64,000 nt of DNA from Balanoglossus misakiensis. Its lineage: Eukaryota; Animalia; Hemichordata. The translations under genes were made by a program, and so were the position numbers. Under the pieces are notes generated by a model. That model was not told the DNA's origin. It did no database searches and worked only from the letters and a program-made list of their open reading frames with translations. The number at the start of each line of letters is the position of its first letter. Position 1 is the first letter of the stretch. The stretch lies in NCBI GenBank assembly GCA_040954595.2, contig CM082597.2, forward strand, positions 4,655,244-4,719,243. The letters are read 5' to 3'. Of this stretch, positions 39,769 to 52,599 are shown piece by piece.

Positions 39769-40584
39769 CCTAAGGGGCGTCAAATAATCACACAGAACTG
39801 CGCAGAACTTAGCTGCAATGATTGTAGCTAGTAGGGCTGCGAATACACCACTGAACCAAGCAGCACCCGCTACAATCATTGCTTACAGCTACGCAGGACA
39901 AGAAACGCGACTGTGCGAGAGACCCCTGCGCCCGGACCACAGATGTGTCCGTGGGGCGTGGCCAGGCCCGAACATAGCGTGAGCGCTCGTTTGACGCAAA
40001 ATCAGGAGATCATCTAAGCTACTGATTTCTCGTTTCTAGCCACTTTTCAGTTAATAAAATACTGAAATAGCATCTATACAAGCGCCTGTGCCCGGACGGA
40101 CCGGCCCGAGAAAGGGGTCAGTGCACTTTGCAGCACATTGCAGCCGAGGTATGGCCTGCATTGCTAACGTAGCACATTTTCCGCGGAGTTGGTGCAATCA
40201 TTACTGAACTCAACATACCTGCGATTTGCCGTATGTGTACTGGAAACGGTACAGCAATAATGGAACCAATGACTGGTTCAGAACTTCAGTTACGGTCTCT
40301 TATCGCAGACTTCGTGTTTTCGTATTTGCCGCCATCTTACTTCCGGGTTGGGATACTGCAGCACGCCCTCTAGCATTGTGTAAAAACCACACGCCCTCAA
40401 GAAAAGGGATTGTGTAAAAACAAATCAATTATCAATGTGTTGGAGGAACTGCAGAAACTTCTAAAGCACTGACTAAAAAAACATACACCGTAGTAATCAT
40501 ATAACCTGATAACACGTATTTCTAAGGCGACAATAAGAATAATTGACAATTCATTTACAGGAAAGGTCTCCTCTCTCATAACAA

Positions 40585-40656
40585 TCCCTAGTGGTCTAGT
40601 GGCTAGGATATGTGGCTTTCACCCACAAGGCCCGGGTTCGATTCCCGGCTAGGGAA
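40585..40656 (+). tRNA. tRNA-Glu (anticodon TTC)
   Basis: Acceptor stem TCCCTAG/CTAGGGA plus discriminator A, D-arm GGTCTAGTGGCTAGGAT, anticodon arm TGTGG-CTTTCAC-CCACA, T-arm CCGGG-TTCGATT-CCCGG; 72 nt; followed by a T-run Pol III terminator at ~40664. Confidence 0.96.
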
Positions 40657-41193
40657 CGTTCTATTTTTTCTCCCGGTGTTTTCCCTTTATCATTTTTTCC
40701 CACCACGTTTACATTGATTTTTTTTCCTCCTTCTTCACGTTTGCATCGATTTTTCTTTGCTCCTTTCCAACTCTTTTCTTCTCTCTTCATTTTTAGTGAA
40801 CCCCGTTTCCTTTTATGTTGACTTGGTTATGCATATTCTCACAGGCATACAAAGTAATGTATAATTTAGCCACCCTTGGTTTCGGGGAAACCTACTGTAA
40901 AACACTTTGAATTTAGCTGCATGGTCTTTTCACTTGGTCACTGTGTAAACTTCATTCACATTCCATTCTGGTTTTATTTCTACTTATAACACAAATATCA
41001 CAGATTACTGCAACAGACATACACAACAATGACTTTCATATACATGTACTAGTATACTGTCCTCTGTTTAGGACTCATGTACACTGAATTCTTGTTCACA
41101 TTCTGTTCACCTGTGTCAAGTTTCACAAAGATCTGCTACAGTGTACCAGGAATTAAATTTAGTTTAAAGTACAACAGACATCACCGAAGCACC

Positions 41194-41285
41194 TTAACCC
41201 TTTCATCACCATGGTTCGGTCCAAATTCATTGTTTTCTATAATAAAGTTGGACCTCTACACTGGGAAATGGGGTGAAAAGCTTAA
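41194..41285. mobile_element. ~90-bp piggyBac-like MITE
   Basis: TTAACCCTTTCATCACC ... GGGGTGAAAAGCTTAA: TTAA on both sides and imperfect TIRs; related copies at 39674 and 54722. Confidence 0.6.
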
Positions 41286-41797
41286 ATCACAAGTTAAAAG
41301 TTTAAAGGTTACAGTAAAAATCAATGTTTATATGTCAACAAATCTTATCAATAGTCACATGCTTATAATCCATTTAACACCAGTCAGAGTTGAATGTTAT
41401 AATTGTTATCCATCAGATGAAAATACCTTGTGAGTACTGTACCTTGTACTTTCATAAAAAAAAATTATAACGGAAAATTTGGTTATCAAGTACTCATGAT
41501 CTCTTCTGAAACACATTATATCATTAGTCACAGGTTTTTAACTTTCTGTGATCTTTTGCTGCATGTAACAGATTACCAGCTGCCTCAGTTGTGCATCAAT
41601 GTCTTTTGTGGGTATTTTCTAGAATACACACATTGTGAAGTCTCTGTCTTCCAGTACACACATGGCTGCCCATGGTCCCCCTGATTACCACACTTTGGTT
41701 TATTCCAGTTGATTCCAATAGAGTGGGTTGATCCACATGCATTGGGACAGGGGTGAAAGGGTTATATCAGGATCAGTTTAATCGGTATCTTGGATTC

Positions 41798-43919
41798 TCA
41801 CGACAACTTGGTCGCGAGTTTGCCACTGTCTTTCTTGGCCATCCGCTGTGCCTCCTTCTCCATCTTCTTCCGCTGCTGTTCCAGGGCCCGCCTTTCCCGC
41901 TCCTGGTGCTTCTTCTCCTTGATGGCCTGCTCCACCTCCCAGTTGGAGACGGTGCCCACGGCTTCGTCGTCCCAGGCGGTGCTCTCGCTCTCGTCCCAGG
42001 TGCCCAGCTCGCCCTACAAAACAGGCAATCACACATACACGGGTTTTACTCAGCTGTCAATTTAAACCCCGGTGCGGGGTATAAAAGACCCCCCAAATCA
42101 GTGGCGAATCTTAATGCCGTTTGACTGACAACAGACAACACCAACGATCTTGGCTCTATGAAAATCGGCCCAAACAGGTCCAAGCATAAAGAATTACTCC
42201 ACACAACGACAGTAGTTGGCTTTATAAACACACACAACATAAAGTTATCGACGAAAAAGTACACGAGCTTTTGAAACAACGATGATTTTGGGAGAAATCT
42301 GGTTTCAGTGCTTTTCAGAAGCGTCCCTGGGAAACAATAACCACGCCATTCAAACAGTTGTCAATCGCGTGGAAGTGTAAAGTGTTCAATTATTTTCTGT
42401 GTACATGAGAGCAATTACACAGTCATTATGCACCACGACCACTCCCAAATAAACAACTATACAAACACACGTTAATCCGAACCCCGGTACTTTCCGCACC
42501 TAATGCTACTGGGTGTCATACCTGTTCAGAGTGTCAAGTTAAAATATGTATTTGCCATTTTTGGCATGGCTCTCATACGTACTTAGACACACATGGCAGT
42601 CTGAACCCCCGTAAAATGTACCAAATCGTACTGGTTTGGTTTGAAGGTCTTGTATAGGCCCTACTGATTAACATGCACTTTGCAGCCTAACAGGCCTGGG
42701 TGCCATGATTACCCTGGAAATCAAACCAGCTTCAACCGACTTGGCAGTATTAGGGTTAATCGGGTGGGTGGGGTATACAGCCAATGCCATGATAAGGCAG
42801 TGTGCTGACCTAACAACAGACAAGATGGCGGCGACCACACTCTGTGTCGGAGCTCAGGAAAAGACAACACATTGGGTGAAAAGAAAGGACAACAGCCCAA
42901 AGGATAGGATGGGATTGTGATTCAATGCAAATTTGTGAGGAACCAATCTCTGAGTACTTACAGTAGCTGGCGTGATGATGTCGCTACTCATCGCAAGTCT
43001 GTTGGACATCCCTGGCGCAGTACTGTCGGTCGTTTCAACTTTCTTACGGATTAAAACCTACACATTGAGAGGAGAAAGTTTGGTTAGCTTTGTAAGACAT
43101 TTCTAGAGGCTAGGCAATTAGGTTTGATCAATGATTTCACAAATTTGTCCCTCTTAATAATTGAAGTTTTTCATTCCATTATAACATGTAATGCGGGTTG
43201 CCAATTTGGTAAAATCCCACAATCACAAAGAAACTGTGATTTTAATGTTTGTTTAAAGCTTCTAATGTTGTTGATATTCATGTACACTACAGAAATACAA
43301 CCTATATTACACTCAGATTGTAAAGTCTATCTCCCAATTCTGCACAGGAAGCGGATAACCAAGAAATACCAACTTCCTTCAGCAAAGACTTTTACACACA
43401 TGTTGGTGAGAGAAAGCCTACAGTACATTGTAACACACACTTACAGGTTTCTTAATTTTTGGAGTCATGTCTGTAAAGAAATCCACATCTGGCTCCTCTT
43501 CTGGAGGCAGCTGCTGGTTGCCATGGTGATGACCCATGTGGTGATGGCCACCGTCCACTCGGATACTTGTCGGAGCCCCTCCCGAACCCCAATCGTCCCA
43601 GTCACGTAACTCTGTAGTCTGATAAACAAGATTTTGGATGTTACTCCTAGTGAAGTGACGATTTACGGCAAAACTATGAACAAAATTTGAGTCAATGCAT
43701 TGATTTCACACTCACATCAAAGCACGTAATAATACTTACATCATTGGCGGGAACATCTTGCTTGGAGGATTCGTCTGGCATATTGATGGAATTCATACTA
43801 ATCGGCAAAGTGTCACTGTTTCTCCTCCCTTTTATGAAACACATGGCTCGTTTAAAAAGTCCAATTATAAGAGTAAAAATATTACAGATTTTCAGTGGGT
43901 TGAAGTAGACGACCTTCAT
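41798..43919 (-). CDS. EBAG9: Receptor-binding cancer antigen expressed on SiSo cells (RCAS1/EBAG9) ortholog, ~221 aa
   Basis: Exons 43919-43740, 43618-43445, 43057-42962, 42013-41798, total 666 nt. N-terminal hydrophobic anchor (LKICNIFTLIIGLFKR), DFFTDMTPKIKK, GELGTWDE..AWDDE, coiled coil EQQRKKMEKEAQR...KLS matching EBAG9 as I recall it. Probable noncoding first exon near 44322-44430. Confidence 0.9.
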
Positions 43920-45129
43920 GATTGCACAGTTAACGGTAGCTGTATGTTATTGTATATCAGACCTATTGGAAGATACAAGAGTAAAGTATATGAAGTTAGT
44001 GTGTGATTTTTATAATTTGCAAGTTTTTTTTTTCTGGACATGGTTACTTATCTTATGCCTTTGACTCACCATGCCAACAATAACATGTAACATGTTGAAC
44101 ACATACAAATGAACATGTAAGGCGCTGTGGGGACGCACAGTATGAGCTTGGTGTGAACGTCCATGGTGTGAACTGTGAACCACTACCAACGCACTAGTAG
44201 ATTCTACATACTAGGCTTGTTGACAAAGCCGAAGCGAAAGCAGTCCAGTGCTAGGGCACATTACAGGCGACGGCGATCACGCTGCCACAACATAACACTT
44301 ACAGACGCTCTTGCGACTCACCTTAACACAATTAAATTGTTATTTTCCTTTCATCTAAACAGGATTTCGCTATGCACTGAAAACTTCCAACGCGGCAGAT
44401 TCTGCACATGCAAGTCGGCCATATTTGTGAATGTTTGTTTGTTAAAACTCACCTCAGAGCATCACTTCAGTGCTGGCGCTTTTTTTATACATTCGTGGTC
44501 TTAACTCGGGTTTTAAAGAGTGTATCGTGGAAAAGCAATGGAGAAATAGTTTAAATATTATCATTTGCACATGTTTATGTGTGACGTGGTCCTCTGGAAG
44601 TCAATAATTTGAATGTTTGGGCGCCACCAAACGACAGCTGATGCTAACCGTTTGTTATTTGCTCGCCTAGGGGGGCCTTAGTGTGGTCCTCCCCAGGCCT
44701 GGCCATTTTCCATGCACATAATTTCGTGTGTACAAACATTACGTCCAACCCAAATGTTCTCCAAATTTGGCATTTGACACATTCAAATAGTGGACTGCCA
44801 TCACTTCCTTGGCAGCGAAATATTCACTGTACATTATAGCACCAAACCATTGTCATTTTGACTAGCACTTGCAGTGTAGTACTATTTTCACTACAGAGGT
44901 TGAGAATAGCCAATTTGGACCCCTCCCTTGTTTCACAAATGACCAAAAGTTATGACTTCGCCACTCTCATGTCAGAAAGAAAATTACTAGTATAGATTAT
45001 ATACCAGACACACACACACAAACAAATGCAACTTTAAATAGAATTTATTTCCTTTTGGCTGTGTTGGATATTACATGCCAATATTGGTACAAAATTCAAG
45101 ACGACAGCTTGGATCTTGCTAGGTGTACA

Positions 45130-46706
45130 TTAGTCGAACAGACCTGAAAATTCAAAAGAAAGATCGTGTCAATGGAAATTGCTGGGTGTACATTAGGTAA
45201 GCTCTGAAGTAGTTTGCAAAACTTCAAAAGTTTATGGTAGAACTTATGTGAGAGTGAAATGATGTGAGTTTTATGCAATACTTTTTATATCACCCCTTTC
45301 ACCACTGATATTGTGAAATGTCCCCCTTCCCCACAGAATTCAGCTATGCATATGAAACGCAATACATGGACAGGCCATACACATTGTTATCATAGGTTCT
45401 CGTAAGAGGTGTAAATTATGAGAATGAAAAATTCTGAATATCAATAGTTGTATGAGAATATAAGTTATCTAGGGATACATACCAAAACCCATATCATCGT
45501 CAGATTCTTCCTCTGATTCTTCTTTCTTTTCTTCTTTCTTCTCTTCCTCAGCACCTCCTAAAATGGACAAAACAATGTGTCAGTTGGATACACCCATTGT
45601 TTATCAATGCAGTCATATTACAAGAGATCTCAAATCACCAAAGTTTCCCAACCACCATTTTTGATAGGATTAGGGGACACTAGTGAATGATTTAGGAACC
45701 CTGGTAACATATCTGGTAGCATGTTATTTCACTGCCTTAATAGTAACACCAGGGGGAACCCTGGTAAAATGACTGGGGAATCCCAGTATTATATATACCA
45801 AGGTACCATCCCCTTACAAACACACTGCCAATCCTTCAAATCTTTACTGTAAAACACTTTATTTTCGCGAGTCACAATTTTCGTGATATCGAGAGATGCC
45901 ACTGTTTCGCGATTATTAATTTTCGCGTTCTCTTATTTCATTCACTGCATCGTAATCTTCAAAAAAAATTTACGCGACTTTTTATTTTCACGCTATTTTG
46001 GCTCTCGCGTATTTGGCGAAAATTTATTGCTCGCGAAAATAAAGTGTTTTACAGTATCTCTCACGCATCACTGACACACTGCACAATTTTCAGAGAAGGC
46101 CTGAATTCCTCGCAACTTACCAGCATCGGCGGCTGCAGCAGCACCAGCTGCCGGAGCACCACCGGCACCACCGGAACCGACAGCACTCAGGAGATTGCCA
46201 ACGTCGATATTCTCCAGAGCCTTGGCGAACAAACCGGTCCAGAAAGGTTCAACGCTGACATTGGCTGCCTTCAGCAGGGTGGTCATTTTCTCAGCCTGTA
46301 AAAAGTGGCAAAAGTCACACACTTTCAGGTCAAACTTGTACAGAAACCACAGTACATGTATTCCAATAATGTACATCATGAACCTCCATGGGTATACGTA
46401 TATCAATGTACAGCAAGTTACATGTACATTTCTTCATCCAGAAATCGACATGCTTGCACACATACTCCGCACTACGCAGCAATGGCAACGGATCTAAATA
46501 ACAGCAACATGCGAATTGTGCAGGATGTAACCGTTTCTTGGTACTACTTGGTATCTACAGCTGACATTTTACTAAACTGTGCATAGTTTACTCCCATAGA
46601 AAGCCATATACATATACACATGTGATGAACTTACCGTTATGGCAACTTCATCGTCGTGAAGAATGAGAGCGCTGTACACGCAAGCTAGTTCAGGAACTGA
46701 AGCCAT
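45130..46706 (-). CDS. RPLP1: 60S acidic ribosomal protein P1 (111 aa)
   Basis: Exons 46706-46635, 46295-46121, 45557-45483, 45143-45130, total 336 nt. [24 protein letters not shown]...[13 protein letters not shown]...[14 protein letters not shown]. Confidence 0.97.
45845..46056. mobile_element. TA-flanked MITE in an RPLP1 intron
   Basis: TIR TACTGTAAAACACTTTATTTTCGCGAG ... CTCGCGAAAATAAAGTGTTTTACAGTA; second copy at 59967-60179. Confidence 0.85.
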
Positions 46707-46842
46707 TTTCTCTCAAGTTATATTTATGATATTCAACAACAATTTTCTGGCGTTTGAAAAACCGGATGGCTTATGGTTCGGGTACACGTCGCCGGATTGG
46801 CCTTAGCTTGTACACAAGGACGATGCACCTTCTTTTACAATA

Positions 46843-46860
46843 TGGCGGAAAGGAAGGCAT
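46843..46860 (-). promoter_or_regulatory. Polypyrimidine (TCT/5'TOP-like) initiator of RPLP1 with adjacent YY1-like motif
   Basis: Minus strand reads CCTTCCTTTCCGCCAT about 145 nt upstream of the ATG, typical of ribosomal protein gene starts. Confidence 0.6.
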
Positions 46861-47796
46861 GAAGGAGCATATTCCATTCATGGGAGGCTGGTACAGGGTG
46901 TTAAGTGAGGGATGTTTTGATGGAGAGATTTACAGCTTGTTGTGCGAAGAGAAAATTCCGACCACGGAATATTTCACTGTAGGATTTAGAAAGAAAGAAA
47001 TGTATTGAAAATGTGGAATATATTTCTGCCTTCAGAATAATGTAGAATTACGATTGTGTGCGTACCTTACACAATTCACAAATGGTTCAATCTACACACA
47101 TTTCACAACATTTTGAACAGTGTGCGTGCTTGCCTGTCTGTTGCGAAACATGTCCACCACTGACCCCGTCATTCGTATGAACATTTCCTATTGAATGAAT
47201 GAATAGTTTTAGAATACGTTTGGCTCGCCTAGGAAACGTAATGACCAATTTATTAGAAAACATGACCGGGATAAAGTATCCCCCAAAACGCAATGAGGTC
47301 AGAATAAAGGAAGTGACCTTCCCCACCATTTCGTATGGTTTGATCCGGCTCCTGGTAGGCATTTACGCCATCTACGTCGAGTCTGGTCAAACTGGTGTTT
47401 AGCTCAGACACACTGAAGTATCTAGCAAAAGTTTTATATGAAAGTCAACCTTACTGTTTACCAAGAAATAAAACATTGCTCACTATATTACACAGCTTTG
47501 CAGATTTGGTTACTTTAATGTGCGTTTGTATATGTTTATACATTGTAACCATGGTCGACAACAACTGTACAAGCAAGACCAGATTGTTCCCCCCCACCCC
47601 ACCCCATAATGTTAACTGTTACAAGTTGCAGCCCTTATTTTTTTAACATAAATTTTTTGTCCTTCAAGTCACGAACCACCCACTTTGATCAAAGCTAAAA
47701 TTGTACTCTTAGGGAATATTAAAAATAAAATCATAGAATTCTGAATATCTGTAAGTGACATTTCTCGCATGAATTTCAATCCTTTTGATGGGGATT

Positions 47797-50700
47797 TCAT
47801 ATTTTACTTTTTGGGGGTTTCGACTGTATCTTCACATTGGAACCCTGTATAACATGTGGATGATCTCCTAGTAAGATTAAGTCTGCAGATTTATCATAAT
47901 CCAATCCTGTAGAGACAAATAATAAATAAAGATTAATCAGAGATATGTATATGAAATTATTATTTGTCAGTAAAAAACAGCAAAATGCGAAAAAGTGGAC
48001 TTTGTACCTGTGTGTTTAGCAATGAAACCCATGGCGGCATCGTTCTGTATTGCCATGGCAACAGATATGTCAAGTCTGTTTTCTGTCTTCCAGTAATCTA
48101 AGATGAATGGCAGATCCGTCTGGTTGTCGTGGTCTGTACCCCTGTCAAGAGCAATGTGGATATGTTACAATTATAAGATGGACCCTTGCATTAAATATCC
48201 TCTGTAATGCAAAATTTCAGAGTTACATTTTTACCTGTAACTTTTCACTACATGATTTCAGTGTTTTTGTTTTGTGTATGATCTACTGCAGCTTGTTCAA
48301 ATCATAGCAATATGAAATGTCCATTACATAATATAGTCACTAGTCAGCATTGTTACGGTGCAAAATTTTAATTAAGTATACATGTAGACCAGAATTCAAG
48401 AACACACTGTATGCAAACAGTTTGTGTATAAAGAAAAAAAAAACACATGCAAATGAAAGTCCTGCCTTCTTGACTTTAGTTGCTTACATGATAGTGATAA
48501 GCTTCTTTTCTGATGGTGGATCTTCGACGAGAAATTTATTCATTCGGACAATATTTCCACCCCACTGAAATCGTTCATCGTTGATGAAAAGCAACGGTTG
48601 CTGGATTTGATGAGCGACAGCATTGACATCGATGGGGAATATCCAGGAATCCAGACCTATGCCACATCTAAAGAAGACACAGAATAAGATATAATAATTG
48701 TACTCAGAAATCAAATAAATTATTTAATCTTGCTGGATCTGTTAGAACACCTTAATAATGGCAAACACGTGAAAAACTTGCTCAACCGAAGTTCAGATTA
48801 TGTGGTTTATTATGAAATTGCAAATATTTTATGTTTTAATTTTGAGTGCTGTTACATACATTACACAGTTCGGCAATTGGTAGCAAGTTTAAAACAATAT
48901 GAGATATTAAAATTATCTGTAAGGCAAATTTGAAACCGTTTGCTAATATTTCTGTAAAATCTCTCGTCATTTTGTTATTTGTGAGTGTACATCTTTTCTA
49001 TCTGGACTTGTGCATACCTGAACCTGCTGTCCTGGTACAAAGTCTGTATTGTGGTGCTTCCCCCAAACGAGTGTCCCATCACAGTACATCTCTTGGTGTC
49101 AAGACGACCCTGGAGAAACAATTAAGATTTGATTCTTTCTGTCATTCAGGGAAAAGGAATTCTTGGAAATCTGAAGTTTGGACTGGCATAAAAGACATTG
49201 GACACAATTAAATATGTGAGGTGTAAACTTACTTTTAACTGACTCAGGACTGAACCTGAACTTTGGTCGAGTAAATTTTCAACGTGGTTTCCATTATTCA
49301 GCTCTTCTAACAGATCCAGCAATCTGCTGCTCTCTTTGGCTCTTACTTTCACCTACAAAGTAACAAATAATTAAGTTCTTGAAAAAACACAAATTCCTTC
49401 AAAATTCCAGAACCTTTTCATGCCATTTTACAGCTTAAAATTTAATAACCTACATGTTGTATGACAACAACGGCAATAAGAACAATATAAACTCTTTGCT
49501 CTAGTAACTCAAAAGAAAACTTCAGAATGACATGTCATAGGTCACCAGGAGCTGACGTGAAAAATGGTGGATAATTCTAGTATTTTTTAGTACCTGACTG
49601 TTTCTGAGCTGAAACTCCTCCTTGCTTGGCAGCGAGACAATAAACTCAATCCATTCTTCGGTGAGTTTGCCGTCAGTTCCTTGTCGGAGAAAATAAGTCA
49701 CACCAGCCGAGTTTTCTCTATATAGAACAAGAATATTAAACTAAAAATACGTTGTCAGTAATTTCGTACACGCAGCTTTGCTGTGGGGATCTGAGGTCTT
49801 ATTTTTTGCATCTGTGAGGTCATGGAGCAGTCACTTCTATGCAGAGCTGCACAAAATCCCTATCAAAGATTGCTAGAGTTTTCAAGATCAAGAGTTGTTT
49901 CAAATTCCAGGATATTCCTTAGACTCTATGCATTCATACCTGTGTTCCAATGAAGCCACGACAAACCCATGTGACACAAGATCGAGACACAATGTACAGT
50001 ACTGAAATCTGGCAGAGCTTAATCCATGAGAGAAGATAACCACAGGAAATGAAGACTTCTCACCGGACGGCAACACAGGTCCTTTCCAAACCACTGGAAC
50101 TTTGCAATTTTCTGTATAAATGTGATAAGACAATATAATACTATAATACATATATTTTATTGGTACATGTATTTTAAAAATGTTTTCCTGTTTTTTTTGT
50201 TTACTTTTTAATTTATTTTTTTACTATTTTACTATACATATATACAAAATGAAATTAAATAAATAATAAAATGACCAATTACCTATTTTTTCTCTATCTT
50301 CCACACTTAATTGCACTGAATAGTCGTCATTCATATACTTGGTTTGTGGGGCAACAGTGTAGAAATCCCCATACTCTTTTCTTGGTAACCATGGTATTCC
50401 AGAGATTTGTTGATTTATATCATTCTTGACGCTGGTTGGATAGAAGAGTCTGAAGAAACTTCTAAAAAAAATTAATAGAAAAAAGAATCAAGCCATCAAT
50501 AATCTGATTTATTAATATGAAACATTAATGACTGAAACAGTTAAAGTTCAACACCTAAAAAAAGATAATTAATTTGTCAATCACTCTCAATCAATTAATC
50601 AATCAACGGTTCTTTAAGTTTAATCTGACTACAGATTTATCATATCAAAATGAGCATTATACATGTGACCTGTTTATATGTGGTTATGTGTGATTACATA

Positions 50701-51058
50701 ACATTGTATCACCTGCCCTTAGCTTAGTCTGCAGTCATTTTTTTATTACAATGTATTTATACAGAAAACAACTTAACTAGGCAATTTTTCGAATGACTGT
50801 GCCTGCATTTGCATGGAAATGAAACTGTATGAAATCTAGAACAACCTAACCACAAGTGTTATCTTATTCCTACCCGGTGTTTGCCTGTTCACCCACCATG
50901 ACATCCATACACCCAACATTGTACGGTCCTCGGCCCACTGGTATCGAGTTAGTCATGATCGTTCTGTGACCAAGAGTAGACCTTGGTAGAAACACTGTGG
51001 GTGTCCTCTTGTAGAGAGTCAGTAGGTGACCCCGAACGGCCAATGTACGAGTCAGCAT
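47797..51058 (-). CDS. Platelet-activating factor acetylhydrolase (PLA2G7/PAFAH2 family), paralog A
   Basis: GPYNVGCMDVM, FFRLFYP, PWLPRKEY, FPVVIFSHGL, HGFVVASLEHR, nucleophile motif VMGHSFGG (exon ~49018-49110), GLDSW, PLLFIN, GTDHDNQTD; ends ...PPKSKI*. About 10 coding exons; Ser-Asp-His triad intact. Confidence 0.92.
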
Positions 51059-52114
51059 ATCACAGTAATTTTACGTGGACTTTGTCTATCGGAGTATGTT
51101 CCCGGCTTTGGGTTGAAAGGTCATTTGAGTGTCGATGACATGTGATATGCCAGGGGCTTGAAATAGATCACCGTGTATTGTACATTACAATAACTGCAGT
51201 CTCATCGTGTTGTGCATATGTGATCAGCAGAAAGACGTTTTTTTTTTCAGGAGAGTTTAAACGCAGCCAAGTACTCGCATATGTTGAACACTGACAGCTT
51301 TTCATTTTTTCACAGCTAGGTCATTTACAGTCAGATCTTAAATAGACATATGGTTAGAAAAGTACACTCTTTCTAGGAAAATACAACAGTACAAGCCAAA
51401 GGTCGTTCCAGGTCACTCTTAGAGGTCTTACATAAAGGACTACTTGAAGTAGAGGGCGATATGCAAGCTAAACTTTGTAAACAATCCAAGAAAGACCCTA
51501 TGTTCTCAGAGATATCTTATGAGATGCCAGTTACTGAAATGCAACAGAATATAGACGTGACAATATCACATTTAAAGCACTGCTTGAGTAGGTTAATATA
51601 AACAGCAGATGAAACTGTTTCATAATTGTTTATTTAAGTTTTATTTAAAAAGATTTAGTACTTATACTTAGATAGTCAAAGTATAAATACATGTCAAGCA
51701 GTGATGTTCAACAAAATTATATAAATTACTTAAAGCCCCAGTATTTCTCGTGTGCATCCATTTTTCATCATCGAAAAAAGCCCGTTTTTCCAGTACATCC
51801 ATCATGGAATACTATATAATGAAGATGTAAGAAAGGTTTGGGCAATTGTAGCTACATGCAAGCCGAAAATATCGCCCGTAACACTTGAAATGATGCGCGG
51901 GTTTGTTTACAACGGAAATGTTGTACATGTCGATCAGCAAACGTGCCACTTTGACATTTTGATGGTCAGACCATTTTCGGATTTGATCTGGTTCCATCGA
52001 CTGATTTCTCCCATAAAGTTATCTTCCCAAAATTTCGCCGAATTAGTGCGCATTTCTTCGCTGAGTCGCTTGATTTGGGGCGACCAAACCTCTTCCGCAT
52101 AGATTCACATTTGA

Positions 52115-52165
52115 GTGCGCATGCGCACTAGTCACGTGTGTCAACATTAGCCTGACTCACGTGAC
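52115..52165. promoter_or_regulatory. NRF1-type palindrome plus two E-boxes, candidate promoter of PAF-AH paralog A
   Basis: GTGCGCATGCGCAC (52115-52128), then GTCACGTG and TCACGTGAC, between the two paralogs. Confidence 0.45.
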
Positions 52166-52599
52166 TTTCTGTCCGGACAGAAAGTCATTCTTCACTCGTT
52201 ATATTGTAAATTGTATGAGTTTATCAGCAGAGCTGGGGATGATGACTGTTCGATTCAGTATCAATTATCATCTACTTTTAGAAATTATAGATGCCGTTTC
52301 AAACAAAATTTTGCCCCTACGAGAAATACTGTGGCTTTAACATTGCAAAAATGCAAATAAACAAACTCAGCATCATCACAATGATCTTGTAAATCCATTC
52401 AACACAAGTCAACTTGTCATTATTCACATTACCGTGTTTCCTTAGAAAATATCCTGCAGAAAATTTAAAATTTTTAACATTTCATAAACTTGCTGCATTT
52501 CTTTAACATTTTATAACAAATCTTAACAACTTATATTGCACATTGAGTTGTTTCTCCAATCACGTCTTTAAGATTGACATGAGAAACAGTGGTCTTAAA

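Noticed and set aside
42060-42760. Possible piggyBac-like nonautonomous element in an EBAG9 intron (ends AGGGTTAA)
   Set aside because: Only one convincing terminus.
45144-46634. Intronic snoRNAs in RPLP1
   Set aside because: No C/D box pair seen on the sense strand; H/ACA RNAs cannot be called by eye.
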